Positions 1 through 13,982 of a stretch of DNA of 64,000 nt are shown piece by piece. Every line of letters starts with the position of its first letter. The stretch's first letter is position 1. This stretch comes from Negaprion brevirostris (lineage: Eukaryota): the NCBI GenBank assembly GCA_030324005.1, contig JARDVH010000121.1, positions 41,766,901 to 41,830,900 on the forward strand, read 5' to 3'. Made by a program: the position numbers and the translations under genes. The notes below the pieces were generated by a model, which did no database searches, was not told the DNA's origin, and was given only the letters and a program-made list of their open reading frames with translations.

Positions 1-660
1 AATGGTATTACAATTGTTGAATCCCCCACTATCAATGTTATCTGAACTGAACTAGGCAAATAAATAAGTGGATATAAGAGTAGGTCAGAGGCTAGGAATC
101 CTGCAGCGAGTAATTCACTTCCTGGTAGCCTAAACCCTGATCACCATCTATAAGGCATGAGTCAGGAGGGTGATAGACTAGTCTCCACTTGCCCGGATTA
201 GCGCAGCTGTAATTTAAGAGGTTTGGCAGCATCCAGGACAAAGCTCGCTTTATTGACACCCCACCTACAAACATTCATTCCCTTCACTACATGGACATAA
301 TAGTAGCAGTGCATACTATCTACAAGATGCACTGCAGGAACTCAGCATGGCTCCTTAGACAGCACTTTCCAAACCCCTGACTGCTACCACCTAAAAGGAC
401 AAGGATACCAGACCAAATGGGAACATCTCCACCACCAAGTTCCCTGCCAAGCCTCTCACCATCCTGACTTGGAAATATACCACTGGTCTTTCACTGTCAT
501 TGGGTCAAAATCCTGGAACTCCCTTCATACAGCTCTATGCCTACAGCATATGGACAGCAACAGTTCAAGAAAGCAGCTCACCATCACTTTATTGAGGGCA
601 ATTGGGGATGTCCAATAATTACTGTCCTAGCCAGTGATACCCACGTTCCGAGAATGGATT
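1..660 (+). mobile_element. CR1-group non-LTR retrotransposon 3' fragment (family A)
   Basis: Similar to 37040-38098, 44665-45630 and, reversed, 45862-46495. Shares the tail ...gcagctcaccaccacctt...gccagtgatacccac. Confidence 0.7.
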
Positions 661-1379
661 TTAAAAATATGTGAAAGTTTAATTCCGGGTATATCTCTGC
701 TATCTCACTGAACTGACTATTATTTAAATGCAAGTTCAGATAGTGACCATCAATAAACCATTTAGTAACTGGGAGATTTTGCATGCACATCGTATCTACC
801 CTCATATGGGCACTAACACTAATGGACCATTAACAAGTTACACACCAGAAAGACACCTTAGGATGGAAATCTGGAGCAGGAGATTAGAATTTTCCCCACC
901 CATTAGAATTTTGTATGGGTCAATGTATAAATCTCAGATCAATCTTGTCAATATAGCTCAGGAATACACCACACAGTGGATTTATCAACTGAAATAGACT
1001 AGGAACTATTGCTTTCTTATATATTCAGCCAAATTAGCATGACTTAAGATACTGCCAAAATCTGAGGGGCATCTTAATAATACTTTCTAATTGTGGATGA
1101 CTATTCCATTCTCATGAAAATCAAATAATTTCACTTTCTCATCCCTTCTGCTTTCTCCTATTTCAAATGACCCAGTGACAATTCTAAGCAATGGACTGAC
1201 CAGCTTGTCTCCACAGCTTAACAAAAGCAAAGCATGTCACAAGCTATGGGTTATTTAATGCACTAGGGTTATGTGGGCAAACATGACAATCAGTTTGTCC
1301 AGAGCAATATTCCACACACAACAAATGAATAATTAACTAATGAACCTGCTTTATTATCATTAGTTCAGGAGAAGTGTTA

Positions 1380-2070
1380 GCAAAAATTTATGAACGTACA
1401 AATTAGTAGCAGGGGGAGTCCACTCAGCTCCTCGAGCCTGCTCCACCATCCAATAAGATCATGCCTGATCCGATTATAACCCCAGCTCCACTTTCCCATC
1501 TACTCCTGATGACCTTTCACACCTTTCTTATAAGAATCTACCTTTGTGTCAAAAATATTCAAAGACTCTGCTTCCACAGTATTTGAGGGAGAGAGTTCCG
1601 AAGTCTCATTCTGATGACTTGAGAGAGCAAGATCTTTTCTCATCTCTGCCTTAAATGGACAACCCTTTATTTTTAAACAGTGACCCCCTGGTCCTAGGTT
1701 TTCCCACAAAAGGAAACATCCTTTCTACATGTGCAGTTGATAAATGGTTTACTGATAGTCACTATCTGAGCTTGCACATAAAAAAATGGTCAGTTCAACG
1801 AGGTAGCAGAAATGAAACTTGGAATGAAACTTTCACATATTTTTAAAGTTCAATCTTATAATGTGAGTATCCCTGTCAAGGCCCTTCAGAATCTCATATG
1901 TTTCAATGAAGCAGCCTCGTACTCTTCTAAGCTTCAGTACATGCGCACCTAGTCTGTGTAGCATTTCTGCAGATGTCAATCTGCACACGCCACGCTGAGT
2001 AAGCTTTCTCTGACCTGCATCCAATGCAGCTATATCTTTTCTTAATAAGGAGGCCAACACTGTTCACAGC
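1380..2070 (-). mobile_element. CR1/HER1-type LINE 3' fragment, interrupted at 1731-1871
   Basis: Reverse of the CR1 3' end. Decayed ORF text reads RRVRGCFIETYEILKGLDR. Confidence 0.7.
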
Positions 2071-4601
2071 AAAAAAAGTAAATTTGCCACACCCCCACTT
2101 GGTGGGGAGAGTTGACTGGTGGTGATTTAACCCGTGGGTCACCACACCTCAGGCAAGCTTTCATGAATGATCTCAGCCAATACAGGAATTGAACCCACAC
2201 TAATGTCCCCCAGGCGTGGACCAGAATTTTACCTCCCTGCCTACCATGGGAATTGGAGAGGATGACCGGTGGACCATGGTAAGGTCCATTGATCTCAGGC
2301 ATGTTTTTACAGTTTTGGGACAAGCATGGCTGTAAAAAACCCACCCATGGTCTGACCAATGCCCGGTATAGCTAAAGCATTACCTTTTTAGCCTTTTGTA
2401 TTTAGGTCCACTTGCAATAAATAATAATATATTCTTAGTTTTCCTAATTATTTGCCTTTTGCAATTCATCCATTAGGATGCCCAGGTCTCTCTGCAACTC
2501 AGAGCCCTGTAATCTCTCACTATTTAAATAAGATGCTTCTTTCTTATTTTTCCTGCCAAAATGGGTAATTTCACATTTTCCTGCATTGTATTCCATTTTC
2601 CAGATTTTGGCCCACTTAACCTAGCTATATCCCTTCGTAACATACTTATATCATTTCCACATTTTATTTTCCTACCAATCTTTCTATCATCAGCAAATCT
2701 TTAACATTTCCTGTTTTCCCTTAAATAGCTATGTGCCCTATGGCTATACGCTCTCCTTGAATATATGTTCTCCTAACGAACATGATAGTTTAGTGTCAGT
2801 TCCCTGCCATTTATCCGTACCCCTGCATATTGACATTGACTGCGGCAGTTCAAGAAGGCAGCTCACCACGCACCTTCAAAAGGACAAATAAGGATTGGCA
2901 CTGAGTTCTGACCTAGCCAGTGAAGCCCATAAAAGTAAAATAAGAAATGTAATTTATCTACCCATATTTCTCAATAAATATTTCCAACATTGAGAAACAG
3001 GATAATGAGCTAAAAGCTGGTGAAGTGCCTTCCCAAACAAAATTACGTCCACCACTGAATCATCACTCTGTTTTACTACAAAGTACTTGACGTTATTCCT
3101 TGCATACTCACTGCAGGATTCTGACTAATTCTATTTCAAGATAGGTCTCCATCATGAAGCAATTGCATTGTTTATGCAGTTGGACAGTGTTCATTAAAAA
3201 ATATGCAAGTTTAAACAAGATGGCATGTTTTGTGAAGTATATTTTACAAAATGTTGTTTTATATAAACATTGGATTTTGGAGTTTTCGGTATTATCAATC
3301 ATTAAACTTCTGTTCTAATGTCAAGGGCCCTGGATCAAAAACCTCTGAAGATTTTTCATAAAGAAAACTCAATAGTGAAAATGTAACAAAAACTAACTGC
3401 AGTGCAAGTCACAGCTTGGGCATTCAGTGAGACACTACNNNNNNNNNNCAACTATGGGTGGGATTTCCAATCTGGGTTTGGGATCTCAATGTTGCAGTCA
3501 ATTCTGCATTCCAACCCTGCTCTTTTTCTGTAATGCATACACATTGTGATTTATTATGGAAATAAGATCATTGGCCTGGATTTGCATTCCCTGCCCAATT
3601 AACCAAGTTGTTTAGAGAAAGGTGGTAGAGCTTAGGCAGTGGCAAGTCCAATTTAAAGGCCAGGCAGCAGCCATTGCTGCGTTTGTTGTTCACCCAAGAG
3701 ACAGAGAAAGGTACAAAGTAATGAGAGTGGAAGATCACTTACCTGGGCAGGGTCCTGCTTTAAGAATATCTCACTGAAGGCAGTGATTAAGACTCGGATC
3801 ACCCTGTTCCTTGCCAGTGGCCACAAAACCTGCATGGCTACCAAGAGCGGGCATGGCTCATCACAGAGGAGGAGTGAGGAGGGAGTTTTTGTCCAAAGAT
3901 AGACCCAAATGGCATGACTCCTACTCATCAGTTGCCAGACTGTTAAAGAGAGGGACATCATGGGAGTTCCCCTGGCTGTGGGAAAAATGGGTACTTAGCA
4001 GTGTTGATGACCCATAAGGAGATGTCACAACCTCATTGTTGCTGGACAGCAGGTAGAAATGCTGACTGCAGCAACATTTGCCATGAGAAAGCTTTGTGAG
4101 TTGAGGGAGGAAAGCATTGCTTGAATTATATTTTTATTCACCTTTCAGACCATTAGAGAGTTGAATGCCAGGGAGAAAGGGCAAGCATGTCTGAATAGTG
4201 GGGTACCTGAGTTAGCTTTGCTGATGCAATTTGAGAAATTGGTCTCCGACCTTGCCAAAGTGTCAAGCCATAGGGCTGCAGGTAATGGAGAAACAGGAGC
4301 CCATCGCAGAGAGGGTGAAAGTATCTCAACATTTTAAGGTGCAGGGAATACGTGGCAGTGTTCCCTAAGTTCTGTTACCATCTTGTGGGTCTTAGCTTAG
4401 GCTGACCATGGTTAGAATCAATAAAGTCTGCTGGAGCCAAGGCTGTTGGTAAACTTCACTTTTTAACAAACATTCTTCTAACTGTATGCAAGACAGGCTT
4501 CATATAGAAACATTCCTCAGTAGATTCTGTTGTCATGTGATCTTACATCACTGATGTTATAGACTGTCTATTTACATATTTAACGTTAATCCTTCACACT
4601 A

Positions 4602-5552
4602 CACAAACCTAGGTTTCTCCAATCTCTCCTCATGGCTAATGCTCTCTATTCCAGGTAACATGCTAGTAAATATTTTTTGTACCCTTTCCAAAGTCTCCAC
4701 ATCCTTCTGGTAGCATGGCGACCAGAATTGAACACTATATTCCAAGTGTAGCCTAACTAAGGGTCTATAAAGCTGCAACATGACTTGCCAATTTTTAAGT
4801 TCAATGCCTGGCCAATGAAGGCAAGCATACCATATGCCTTCTTGACTACCTTCTCCAACTGCGTTGCCACTTTCAGTGACCCCTGAACCTATATACCCAG
4901 ATCCCTTTGCCTATCAATATCCATATCCTTAAGGGTTTTGCCATTTACTGTATATTTTCTATCTGTATAAGACCTTCCAAAATGCATTACCTCACATTTG
5001 TCTGGATTAAACTCCATCTGCCATCTCTCTGCCCAAGTCTCCAACTGATCTATATCCTGCTGTATCCTCTGATGGTCCTCCTCGCTATCTGCAAATCCAC
5101 CAACCTTTGTGTCGTCCGCAAACTTACTAATCAATCCAGTTATGTTTTCCTCCAACTCATTTATTTACATTAGCAAAGGTCCCAGCACTGATCCCTGAGG
5201 AACACCACTTGTCACAGTCCTCCATTCAGAAACACACCCTTCCAATGCTACCCTCTGTCTACTTTGACTGAGCCAGTTTTGTATCCACCTTGCCAGCTCA
5301 CTTCTGATCCCATGCAGCTTCACCTTCTGCACTGGTCTTCCACGAGGGACCTTGTCAAAGGCCTTACTGAAGTCCATGTAGACAACATCCACTGCCCTAC
5401 CCTCACCAATCATCTTCGTCACTTCCTCAAAAAACTCAATCGAGTTCATGAGGCATGACCTCCCCTTCGCAAAACCACGTTGCCTCTCACTAATGCGTCC
5501 AATTATTTCCAAATGGGAATAAATCCTGTCTTGAAGAATCCTCTCCAATAAT
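4602..5552 (-). mobile_element. CR1/HER1 LINE ORF2 reverse transcriptase fragment (frameshifted)
   Basis: ORFs contain YMDFSKAFDKVP, SGVPQGSVLGPLL, SKFADDTK, WQMEFNPDKCEVMHFG and LVRLHLEYSVQFWSP. Confidence 0.93.
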
Positions 5553-8500
5553 TTAACTCAATGATAATAACTCAAGACACTTGTTAGCCTCAACCAATCT
5601 CTGCATAATTGGAGCATTACTTCCTTTGTGTACTCAGAACTGTTTGCAATAAAGGTCTACTATCCTAATTAATTAAAATGAGTAGTGGAAATGAGGTGCT
5701 AGCTGGATTCTAAAAGAGGAAATAGGGATTTTAATGTATCATGAATTGGTAACTTAGATCTGTTGTTTGCAATTCCAGTGCCATCAAACATCTTCAAACA
5801 TTCAGGACACTTCAAACATCTTGGGGAACCAGATGTTTAGGAAGTATCTCCAGAAGCTTGAGAGTTTTTGGACATGAAGAGCAACTGGAGTCACTGTGGA
5901 TCAACAAGGAAGCTGGGAGTTTCCTGCACCATATGTTCCAGGAAGTAGGCATCTAAAGAGAGTTCATCATAGTAGATGGGTGATCATCCAAAAGGGTAGG
6001 AAGAAGTAGGAAGTACAGGAGTCTTCAGATGTGTTTCATTCTCAAACTAGTACTCACATTGGAGATTGCTGGGAGTGATGACACTGTGAAGGAGTGCAGA
6101 CCAAATCTAACACAGTGGCCTATTTCCAAGGTTACCATCTGCTTAAAGTCAAAAGATCCACACTCTTAAAGCTTCTTGACAGTTGGATGGGTCACTTTTT
6201 TTCTTTCTTTCATAGGTGTTATGTATTGTAAAACAACACATCTCTGTCTGATTAGTCACACGATGTGCTATGACATCACCAGAGGCATTCACAGGTTTTT
6301 TTAAANNNNNNNNNNNNNNNNNNNNNNNNNNNNNNNNNNNNNNNNNNNNNNNNNNNNNNNNNNNNNNNNNNNNNNNNNNNNNNNNNNNNNNNNNNNNNNN
6401 NNNNNCAGTTCTGTATCCATCTTGCCAGCTCACCTCTGAGCCTGTGCGACTTCACCTTCTGTACCAGACTGCTATGAGGGACCGTGTCAAAGGCCTTACT
6501 GAAGGCCTTTGTGCTTAAACTTCTGATTTATCCATGGATAAGAGGGCAAGCAGCTGAGGCACTGACAAGTCCTAAGTGGGGCTCTTTAACTGAAACTCTA
6601 ACTGAAAATGGATACTACCTGGTTCAGAACAAAGTGACCAAGTCCTTTCCTGATGTAGGTTCATCCTCATTGTTGTACTCTGAAGATGTTCCTTTGGGGC
6701 ACATTTGCAACAGTTGATCTTGAGTTGCTGCTGAAGACAAAGGCTGAAACAACAAAGGCTGAAACACACCTTTTATCCCCCAAACTCTCTCAATCTTCCA
6801 GAAAATTCTCTGGCACTCAGTCAATGGTGTAACTGGAATCCAATCACATTGTTCGATCAGGCCAATGGAGTCATACGTAAACAATATAGTCTTAACCCAT
6901 AATGCCCGAAAGACGGACTGGTTAGATGCATTAACCGTGCTAAATTCCCTCTCAGTGTACCTGAACACACACCAGAGTNNNNNNNNNNATAAATAAACAT
7001 TAAACTTTATATGGACATGGCAGGAAATCTTTCTTGGCACACTTCTTGTGCCAAGAAGTCCAGCACAACCCAAACAACTTCCCATATTTGGTTAGCATGG
7101 GTAGTGTCAGGTCACAGTCCACAGGACAGGTCATGACTTGCAGCAGCTTTATGACCTGTAGCTGCGTTTAGTTATAACTTGACCCAAGTTCCCAACATGC
7201 TTATCTCTCAGTGCCCCAATAGCTCTTAAAACCAATACCACCATTGCTGTTGTAGTCGGTCCTCCAACCACACTTCAATCTTGCATTGGAACTCACTCTC
7301 TTGATGGCATAATTCAGTAAGATATTTTACATTTTATTGGTCAAACAAAGAAAGTGAAACACAGGTAAACAAATTAATTTGTTGTTTCCTTGACTGTAAT
7401 TTGCTCCAACTAAATATTGTTTTATAGCAGCAAACAGATGAGTGAGTACTATCAGAAACTGATGCCAACATAACTATTCATTATAGCAGTTGCCATTTGC
7501 ATGCAGTTGCTGTGATTATAGCTCAAAAAGCAATTCAAACACATCTATACTTTAATCTGTAGAAAAATATCATTGCTTTGCACGGAAACACGACTTAGTC
7601 AGAAGCTACACCCATCGATTAAGATACCTTGTTATATAATTTTCAATGATTTTAATCTTTATTCAAAAATGATTTCATCCAACCAGTAATTGTTGAGGCA
7701 ATGTAAGAGGAACGAATAAGAAGTAATGACATATGGCTTCAAAGAAACTAAGAAATTATTACTCACCTTGAAGAGCTTGGGCAATGCTATGGGGCATAAT
7801 GTTATAACCTGAATTTAATAAGTATGTTTAGTTAGTTAGCATTGGTAGTGAATTGGTGGGAATGATACAAAGGATTATGAGGAGGAATTGAACTTATAGC
7901 TGCTTGTTTCCACCTGTAATATGAGCAATAGGCCTCAGAATTTCAGCTCATCATCGACTGATAGCCTGAACTGGGCATATCAGTTCAGGAAATGTTTAAT
8001 CATCCAGATGTCTGCCGAAAAAAAATGGGAAACAGAGATTACGCTCCTTAAGTAATCCCACCATCTCCAATATTGGTTAGAGGACTTTGAATCAGGAATT
8101 CCAATGAGAATATGAAGGGCTACACCAAACATGTTCAGCCTAGTTGTAGCAAATCTTCAACAGCTTGTCCTTATATGTATTGCTGGAGGCTGCTGGGAAA
8201 ATGGCCAAAGGAATAAGGCCCACAAAATCTCCAGAGCTTTGTAGGCTTATTCAAGGCTCCCCCACTTCCCACTGCCATTGACGCAATCCCAATACCACCC
8301 TGCACCTTCATCCCCAGGTCTGTTTTGCTGGATGACTTTGTGGGCGGGATCTAATGGCCGTTTGCGCTGGTGGAATTTTCTGGCCCCACTGCGGTGAACA
8401 GAGAGCTGAATTGCATTCCTATTGAGGTTGTGCTCATGTGGATGAAGGTGATGGTCTTCACCACCTTTGCTTTTACATGTTCATAAAATGAATTTATCAT

Positions 8501-9595
8501 GATAAAATTCATGAATGCATCCGATCTTTCTGACAAGCGTCAGGAGGAGGAAAATTGATTGTAGAAGAACATGGACTACTGTGTCTAGGATTTAAAAATC
8601 ACAAGCTGTACCTTTTCTTCTGCCACATGTGGTATGATTGACATTTGTTAATAATTCTAACGTTTCTTTAAAATAAGATGTATATTTTCTAAATGCTATA
8701 ATGTGGGCCTTTTACTTCCACGTAGCTCAGCACAGCTGGTAGATGTACCCCTGACCCTGGGTTTCTGCATTTTATCATCCGCATTGCTCTATCACCCAAT
8801 AAGAAGCATCTGTATAACCATGGGGAACATCTGGAATTTCACTCTTTTTAACAAAAACAAGATCATAGCATTTATAACACACAGAAGGCCATTCAGCCCA
8901 CTGTGCCTGTGCTATCTCTTCAAACTGGAGCTCGTTACTCAATCCCCATTTACCAATCATTAGTGGCAGAAGAATCAACTTGGACGGTATTTATTCCTAA
9001 AAGAACATGCTCCAATATGGCTAGAGGTTAAAAATCCAAGTCTTATAGTTTCTCCAGTTCTAAACGAGGCGAATGACACCTCTTAATGAATCTAGTGCTT
9101 TTCATTTCTCAGTAGTTTAAGCAAAACAATCTTGAGGATATCCGGAGTTTGTGTTTCATCCAAAAATCTGAAATAAAGTAAACTGAACTATCCCTACAAA
9201 AAGCAGTAGTGAGCAGAACATATTAAAACAAACAGCAGTCAGAGTCAAGAAATGATAACAGCTCCCAGATGGAGACAAAACAACAAGAGTTCCCATGAAC
9301 ACTACAGTGACCCCGAACAGCTGCTTTGACATTGGAATCTGAAGAACAGCATGACAGAATCCTGCTATTTATTGGACATTTAATTTAAGACACTATTCAG
9401 TTCAGGTTTTTACTTGGGCTAATGATGATTATCAACTCAAGAAGAACATGTAGTTCTCTTACCATAGTAAAGCATCTCATAGGAGCATTAATAAAATTAG
9501 ACATCAAGCCACATAAGGGATCATTAGAGATGACCACAAGCTAGCTCAAAGAGTTATGTTTTATGGTAAATAAGGAGAGATGGGAAGTGTTAGAA

Positions 9596-10028
9596 GGGGA
9601 TTCTCCCCAAAAACTTCTAAGTGCTGAAATAAAGTGAAAAATGGAGTAACTTCCACTGATTTTTTAGTTTGATTTTTCAAACTGAATCTCCCACATTCTG
9701 GGCACTGCAGAGTACCCGAGCAAGATTCACTCTGAAAGCCAGGACACGGGGGCCTATACCCACTGGAGAGGCCACTGCACACGTGTCGAAATGTCAGAGC
9801 AGACATCGGCACATGCATGGTGGCCCCACACTGCCAGCCTCCCAAATGCTGACCAGCTCTACAACCACCTATCACTGCTACCCTGACGCTCCCCCCCCCC
9901 CCCACCAACCCCTGATTTCTGGCCTCCCAGACAAGCCCCGATGTTCCAGACCACCACCGACCCCACCACACCTTGGCAGTCCCAACCCCCAACCTCTGGC
10001 AGCTCGGAACTTCCCCCCACGCAGATGA
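9596..10028 (+). mobile_element. Left part of a non-autonomous TIR element (same family as 10908-11847)
   Basis: Begins ggggattctccccaaaaacttctaagtgctgaa, near-identical to the start of 10908; truncated by a gap. Confidence 0.65.
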
Positions 10029-10148
10029 TCAGCCCCGATCCCCCTCTTNNNNNNNNNNNNNNNNNNNNNNNNNNNNNNNNNNNNNNNNNNNNNNNNNNNN
10101 NNNNNNNNNNNNNNNNNNNNNNNNNNNNNNNNNNNNNNNNNNNNNNNN

Positions 10149-10318
10149 TGTGCAGGTTAGGTGGATTGGCCATGCTGAATTGCCTCTTAGCGCCAGGGGG
10201 GCTAGCTAGGGTAAATGCATGGTGTTATGGGGATAGGGCCTGGGGTGGATTGTGGTCAGTGCAGACCTGATGGGCCGAATGGCCTCCTTCTGCACTGTAG
10301 GATTCTATAATTCTGTGA
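10149..10318 (+). mobile_element. HE1-type V-SINE, 3' half
   Basis: ggttaggtggattggccatgct...gggccgaatggcctccttctgcactgtaggattctat tail. Confidence 0.85.
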
Positions 10319-10789
10319 TATTAAATATAAGCAAAGGACTGCGGATGCTGGAAGTCAGAAATAAAATCACAAGATGCTGGGTTAATTCAGCAGGTCTGGC
10401 AGCATCTGTGGGAGGAGAAACAGCTTTGGGTCCATCTGACTTCTTTAGAATAGTAGAAGGGTCAATGGAATCATAATGTTAACCATGTTTCTCTCTCTAA
10501 AGATGCTGCCAGATTTGCTGAGCTAATCCAGTATTTTCTGTTTTTATTTGAGAATATTATTTTGGACTTTACAAATGGTGTTTGTATTTTCAGTGCCAAC
10601 CAAAGCTTCAGTTAAACAATCTGATGGCACTATTTTGAAGAGCAGGATATTCCTCAGGACCTGGTCAATGCACAGCACTGGATTGGAGGGAATTTCCCCT
10701 TTATTTACCATGTCATTGATGGTGCACAGATATCAACCATGGTCCAGTGCCACAAGGTCACAGATTCCAGCTCCACCTGAGTGCGTTAT

Positions 10790-10905
10790 CCAGGCCTACC
10801 ATCCAGTGTAGCACTGAGTGTATGTTGCACAGCTGGAAGTGCTGACTTTCATATGAGGTCTTAAAGTGAGACTGAGTCTGTCCTCTTAGGTGGATGTAAA
10901 AGACC
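10790..10905 (+). mobile_element. Deu-domain SINE relic
   Basis: tccagtgtagcactgagtg...gctgactttcatatgaggtcttaaa...ggtggatgtaaaaga resembles the DeuSINE central domain. Another relic lies near 50285-50400. Confidence 0.55.
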
Positions 10906-10907
10906 TC

Positions 10908-11847
10908 GGGGGCCATTCTCCCCAAAAATTTCTAAGTGCTGAACTCATGTGAAAACTGGAGTAACTCCCACTGATTTTTTTTTGCATGATTTTCAAAGCG
11001 AATCTCTGACATTCTGTGCACCACAGAATGCCCTAGCGGGATTCACTTGAAAATCAGTGGGTGGACCCCTGGAGAGGCTGCAGCATAGTGCTGAGCAGGT
11101 CACTGCACATACACCAATCTGTCAGAGCAAAGACTGGCACATACAGAGTGTCCCCACACTTCTAGCCCCATAAGCCCGCATCGCTGACTTCCCAAACTTC
11201 TCCGGACAAGCCTCGTTGTTCCCCTCCCCCTCTCCCACCCCAGCAGTCTCAACCCGCCCCCCAACCTGGATGGCCAGCCCAGATTACTCCCGTCCCTCCC
11301 TCTCCCACTGATCCCTGTGCAGATTGGCAGCAAGACACCCCCAACCCCTACTAATCACCCTCCCCCCCCAGTAGGCCCCATGATCCCAATAGGTTGCTCC
11401 CTGATAAGCCTCACCCCTTTGGCACTGCCTGATTCCCAGTGGGCAGTGCCAAGATGCCCCACAGACATTGCCAGTTTGCCACTTGGGCAATGCCAGGGAC
11501 CAGGCCAGTACTGCCGAGGGGGCACCCTCCTTACCCGACCTCCTGGGGGAGCCTCAATGGCTTCCGTTCCCAACCGCAGAGTTGGCCACCTGTCCCCCAT
11601 TAGTGGGAAGCAGGAGTAAACCCTGCTGGAGTGAACCACTCCTGGGGGGTGGGGAGAAGGTGCTAGCAGGCCCAGAGACTTCAGCTCCAGGCCTGCTAAT
11701 GGCACTGAAATAGGGATTTAAAAATTTAAATTAGCTGATTACTCTAAAAATCATTGCCCCCGAGACGCTTGGAGGCCGCTAAATGGCCTCCGCTGATGTC
11801 TCCTGACCCATGCTAGAGCAGTGTAGCGGGCTGGGAGAATCACCCCC
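10908..11847. mobile_element. Non-autonomous TIR element (MITE-like), ~940 bp
   Basis: 15 bp imperfect TIRs gggggccattctccc / gggagaatcaccccc. GC-rich interior shared with 9596-10028 and, reversed, 39535-40490. Confidence 0.7.
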
Positions 11848-13899
11848 GGAATTTCTAAAGCAGCAGAGTGTTGCTGGCGTGCGCTGTCTGTCTGCATGGT
11901 GCAAAATAATATAACTCACCACAAATGTAAGGTTATGCCCTGAGCAAATAGCTCATTTTCTGAATGTGTATTTACAATGTACATCCTGATATATTTACTT
12001 GAAAATAAAATAGTCGCCCTTTGTGGTCATTTTAAAAATTTTTGTGGTGTTCTGTGTTCTCTGTTGGTGATCTAAGAACATTGGCATGGAGGAGGTCAAT
12101 GGAGGCTCAGCTTGTATACAGCGGATAGCTGGTCAGATTGACATACTGTAAAGCTAGTCTGAACTGAAAAGGAGAAACCAGAGTTTTGGGAATACGGGTG
12201 GCAAAGAAGGGAATGAACCTGAATAAAGACAGGAAGGTACAGGAAAGAAAATGAGCCTGTCATCCGGTAATTGAGCAGGGATTGGGATTCAGATATCTGG
12301 ATCCCGAATGAGTAAGGTCTGTAAACAGTGTGGTACACAGCTGTACACATCAGCACAGGTTATTCAATAGGAGATTTTACTGTTTCACAAACTCAGCAAT
12401 CCACTTAAACAAATTACAAACTGTAACGTGCAGGGTATGTTATAAAGGCCACATGCAATGGAAAATATTCGAAGTGTCCTCTCTTAGCAACCACACAAAG
12501 TTTAAACAACTATGAATAATCTTTAAGGAATCAGATTACAACGTACATTTCAACATAGTGTTTCACTATATCCCCAGACAATGAAAAGGTTGTAAAAATG
12601 ACATGATTTGCAAAAGTGCTTAATCACACACGGACAATGAACAATAAGTCAAAATTATACGTTATGGCTAATCAACTGGATATAGCTACTTCACGCCCAT
12701 ACAGTGAAGAGGCACATCAAATAAATTAACAGTGTATGAAAACTTGTGTATAAAGGTAATTGCTACATACACCTTTTCAGTTTCATCACTTTTCAAAGAC
12801 TTTGAAACTGCTAATACAATAGTAAAGAATGAAACTTCGGAATTTATATGGTACTTAGCATGTCTCCAGAACCATCCCAAATAGCTCCAGATACAATGAA
12901 TTACACTGGAAAAGCAGCCACTTTGTCACAATCAAACGAAGCAGTAAATTTATGCACAGCAAGGCCCCATAAGCAGTTATTTCTAGCGATGCTGGCTGAG
13001 AATTTTGGCCAGGATAGCAGAAGAAACCTTTGCTTTCTTTGAATGTTTTATGTCTAGGCAAATGGAATCTGTTCATTTTATTGCTTTCTTTTAACAAATG
13101 TATTATTTTGGATTAAACACCTGTACCAACACAATGTTGATGATTCTTCCTTTTCGCAGACCAACGCAAATTCTAAAAGTCATAGAGCAGAGTTTAAAGT
13201 GGATAGTGGTGAGTCCATCATCTTCTACAAAATCTGATCTCCAGGAACACAGATGAAGTAGAGATTCTAAGTGACAATAGGAACTCTGCCAAAGGAGCTC
13301 CTGGCTTCTCTGGGGTTATTAAATTGCCGAACCCTCTGGTGCAGGGCAGTCCACATGATGAGCTCTCTACCCACCTCTGATTGAATACCAGCAGCAGTGA
13401 GCCAATGTCCTAAGTGACCTTTAATGTCTAGTTAAGGGCTTCAATTAACCTCTGGATGGGAAGACCGCCATCACACCTTCCGATCCTGGACTTAATCAGG
13501 GTAGGGGGCAACCATCTCCACCCTGCATCCTGTTGCGAGGGGTCTGGCATGAAATTCCACCCATAGTTTCAATCTGGGCTTGAGGCAACAATCAGCAATG
13601 GGTAGAGGTATGGGGGAGTAGTCTGCAAACTGTCCCTCTCATTGGTATGCAATGGCTGAAAACTGAAGGCCATCATTGAGGACTGGTCGAACAATCCCAG
13701 ACATTCAAATAGGTGTCCAGTTGGAGAAAGGGAGGGATTTCCAGGGTTGGGACTGCCCTTCGCCCCTGGGCCCCTTAAGGAAAGTCAAACAAAGTAAAAT
13801 AATTTGCCTGATTTGGGGCATCTTCTGGCCCAAGCGCTTCCACCTATTGGCAGAAAAGTGACAAAACATCTCCATGCAGACATCTGGGTGAATTAACTG

Positions 13900-13982
13900 T
13901 CAGGTTTCCTTAGTGTTACTGAAACCTGACCTCGATTTAAAGAAGGACCCCACAATTGAATACCGGTAGGTGTCCCTTTCGC
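13900..13982 (-). CDS. COL20A1: Candidate alternative distal terminal exon (NC1 variant) of collagen XX
   Basis: Strong pyrimidine tract (cttttctaatgtgtttcactcttaatctgctcttcttatcAG). Phase-1 frame SERDTYRYSIVGSFFKSRSGFSNTKET-TGA. Begins GC GAA nnn GAC like the proximal last exon. Confidence 0.5.

Noticed and set aside
6624-7085. 153 aa minus-strand ORF
   Set aside because: It spans an N gap and a SINE fragment, has no recognisable domain and is probably decayed retroelement sequence.
9561-11713. Cluster of overlapping Pro/Gly-rich ORFs
   Set aside because: They lie in the GC-rich interiors of multicopy TIR elements. There is no Gly-X-Y periodicity, splice structure or recognisable domain.
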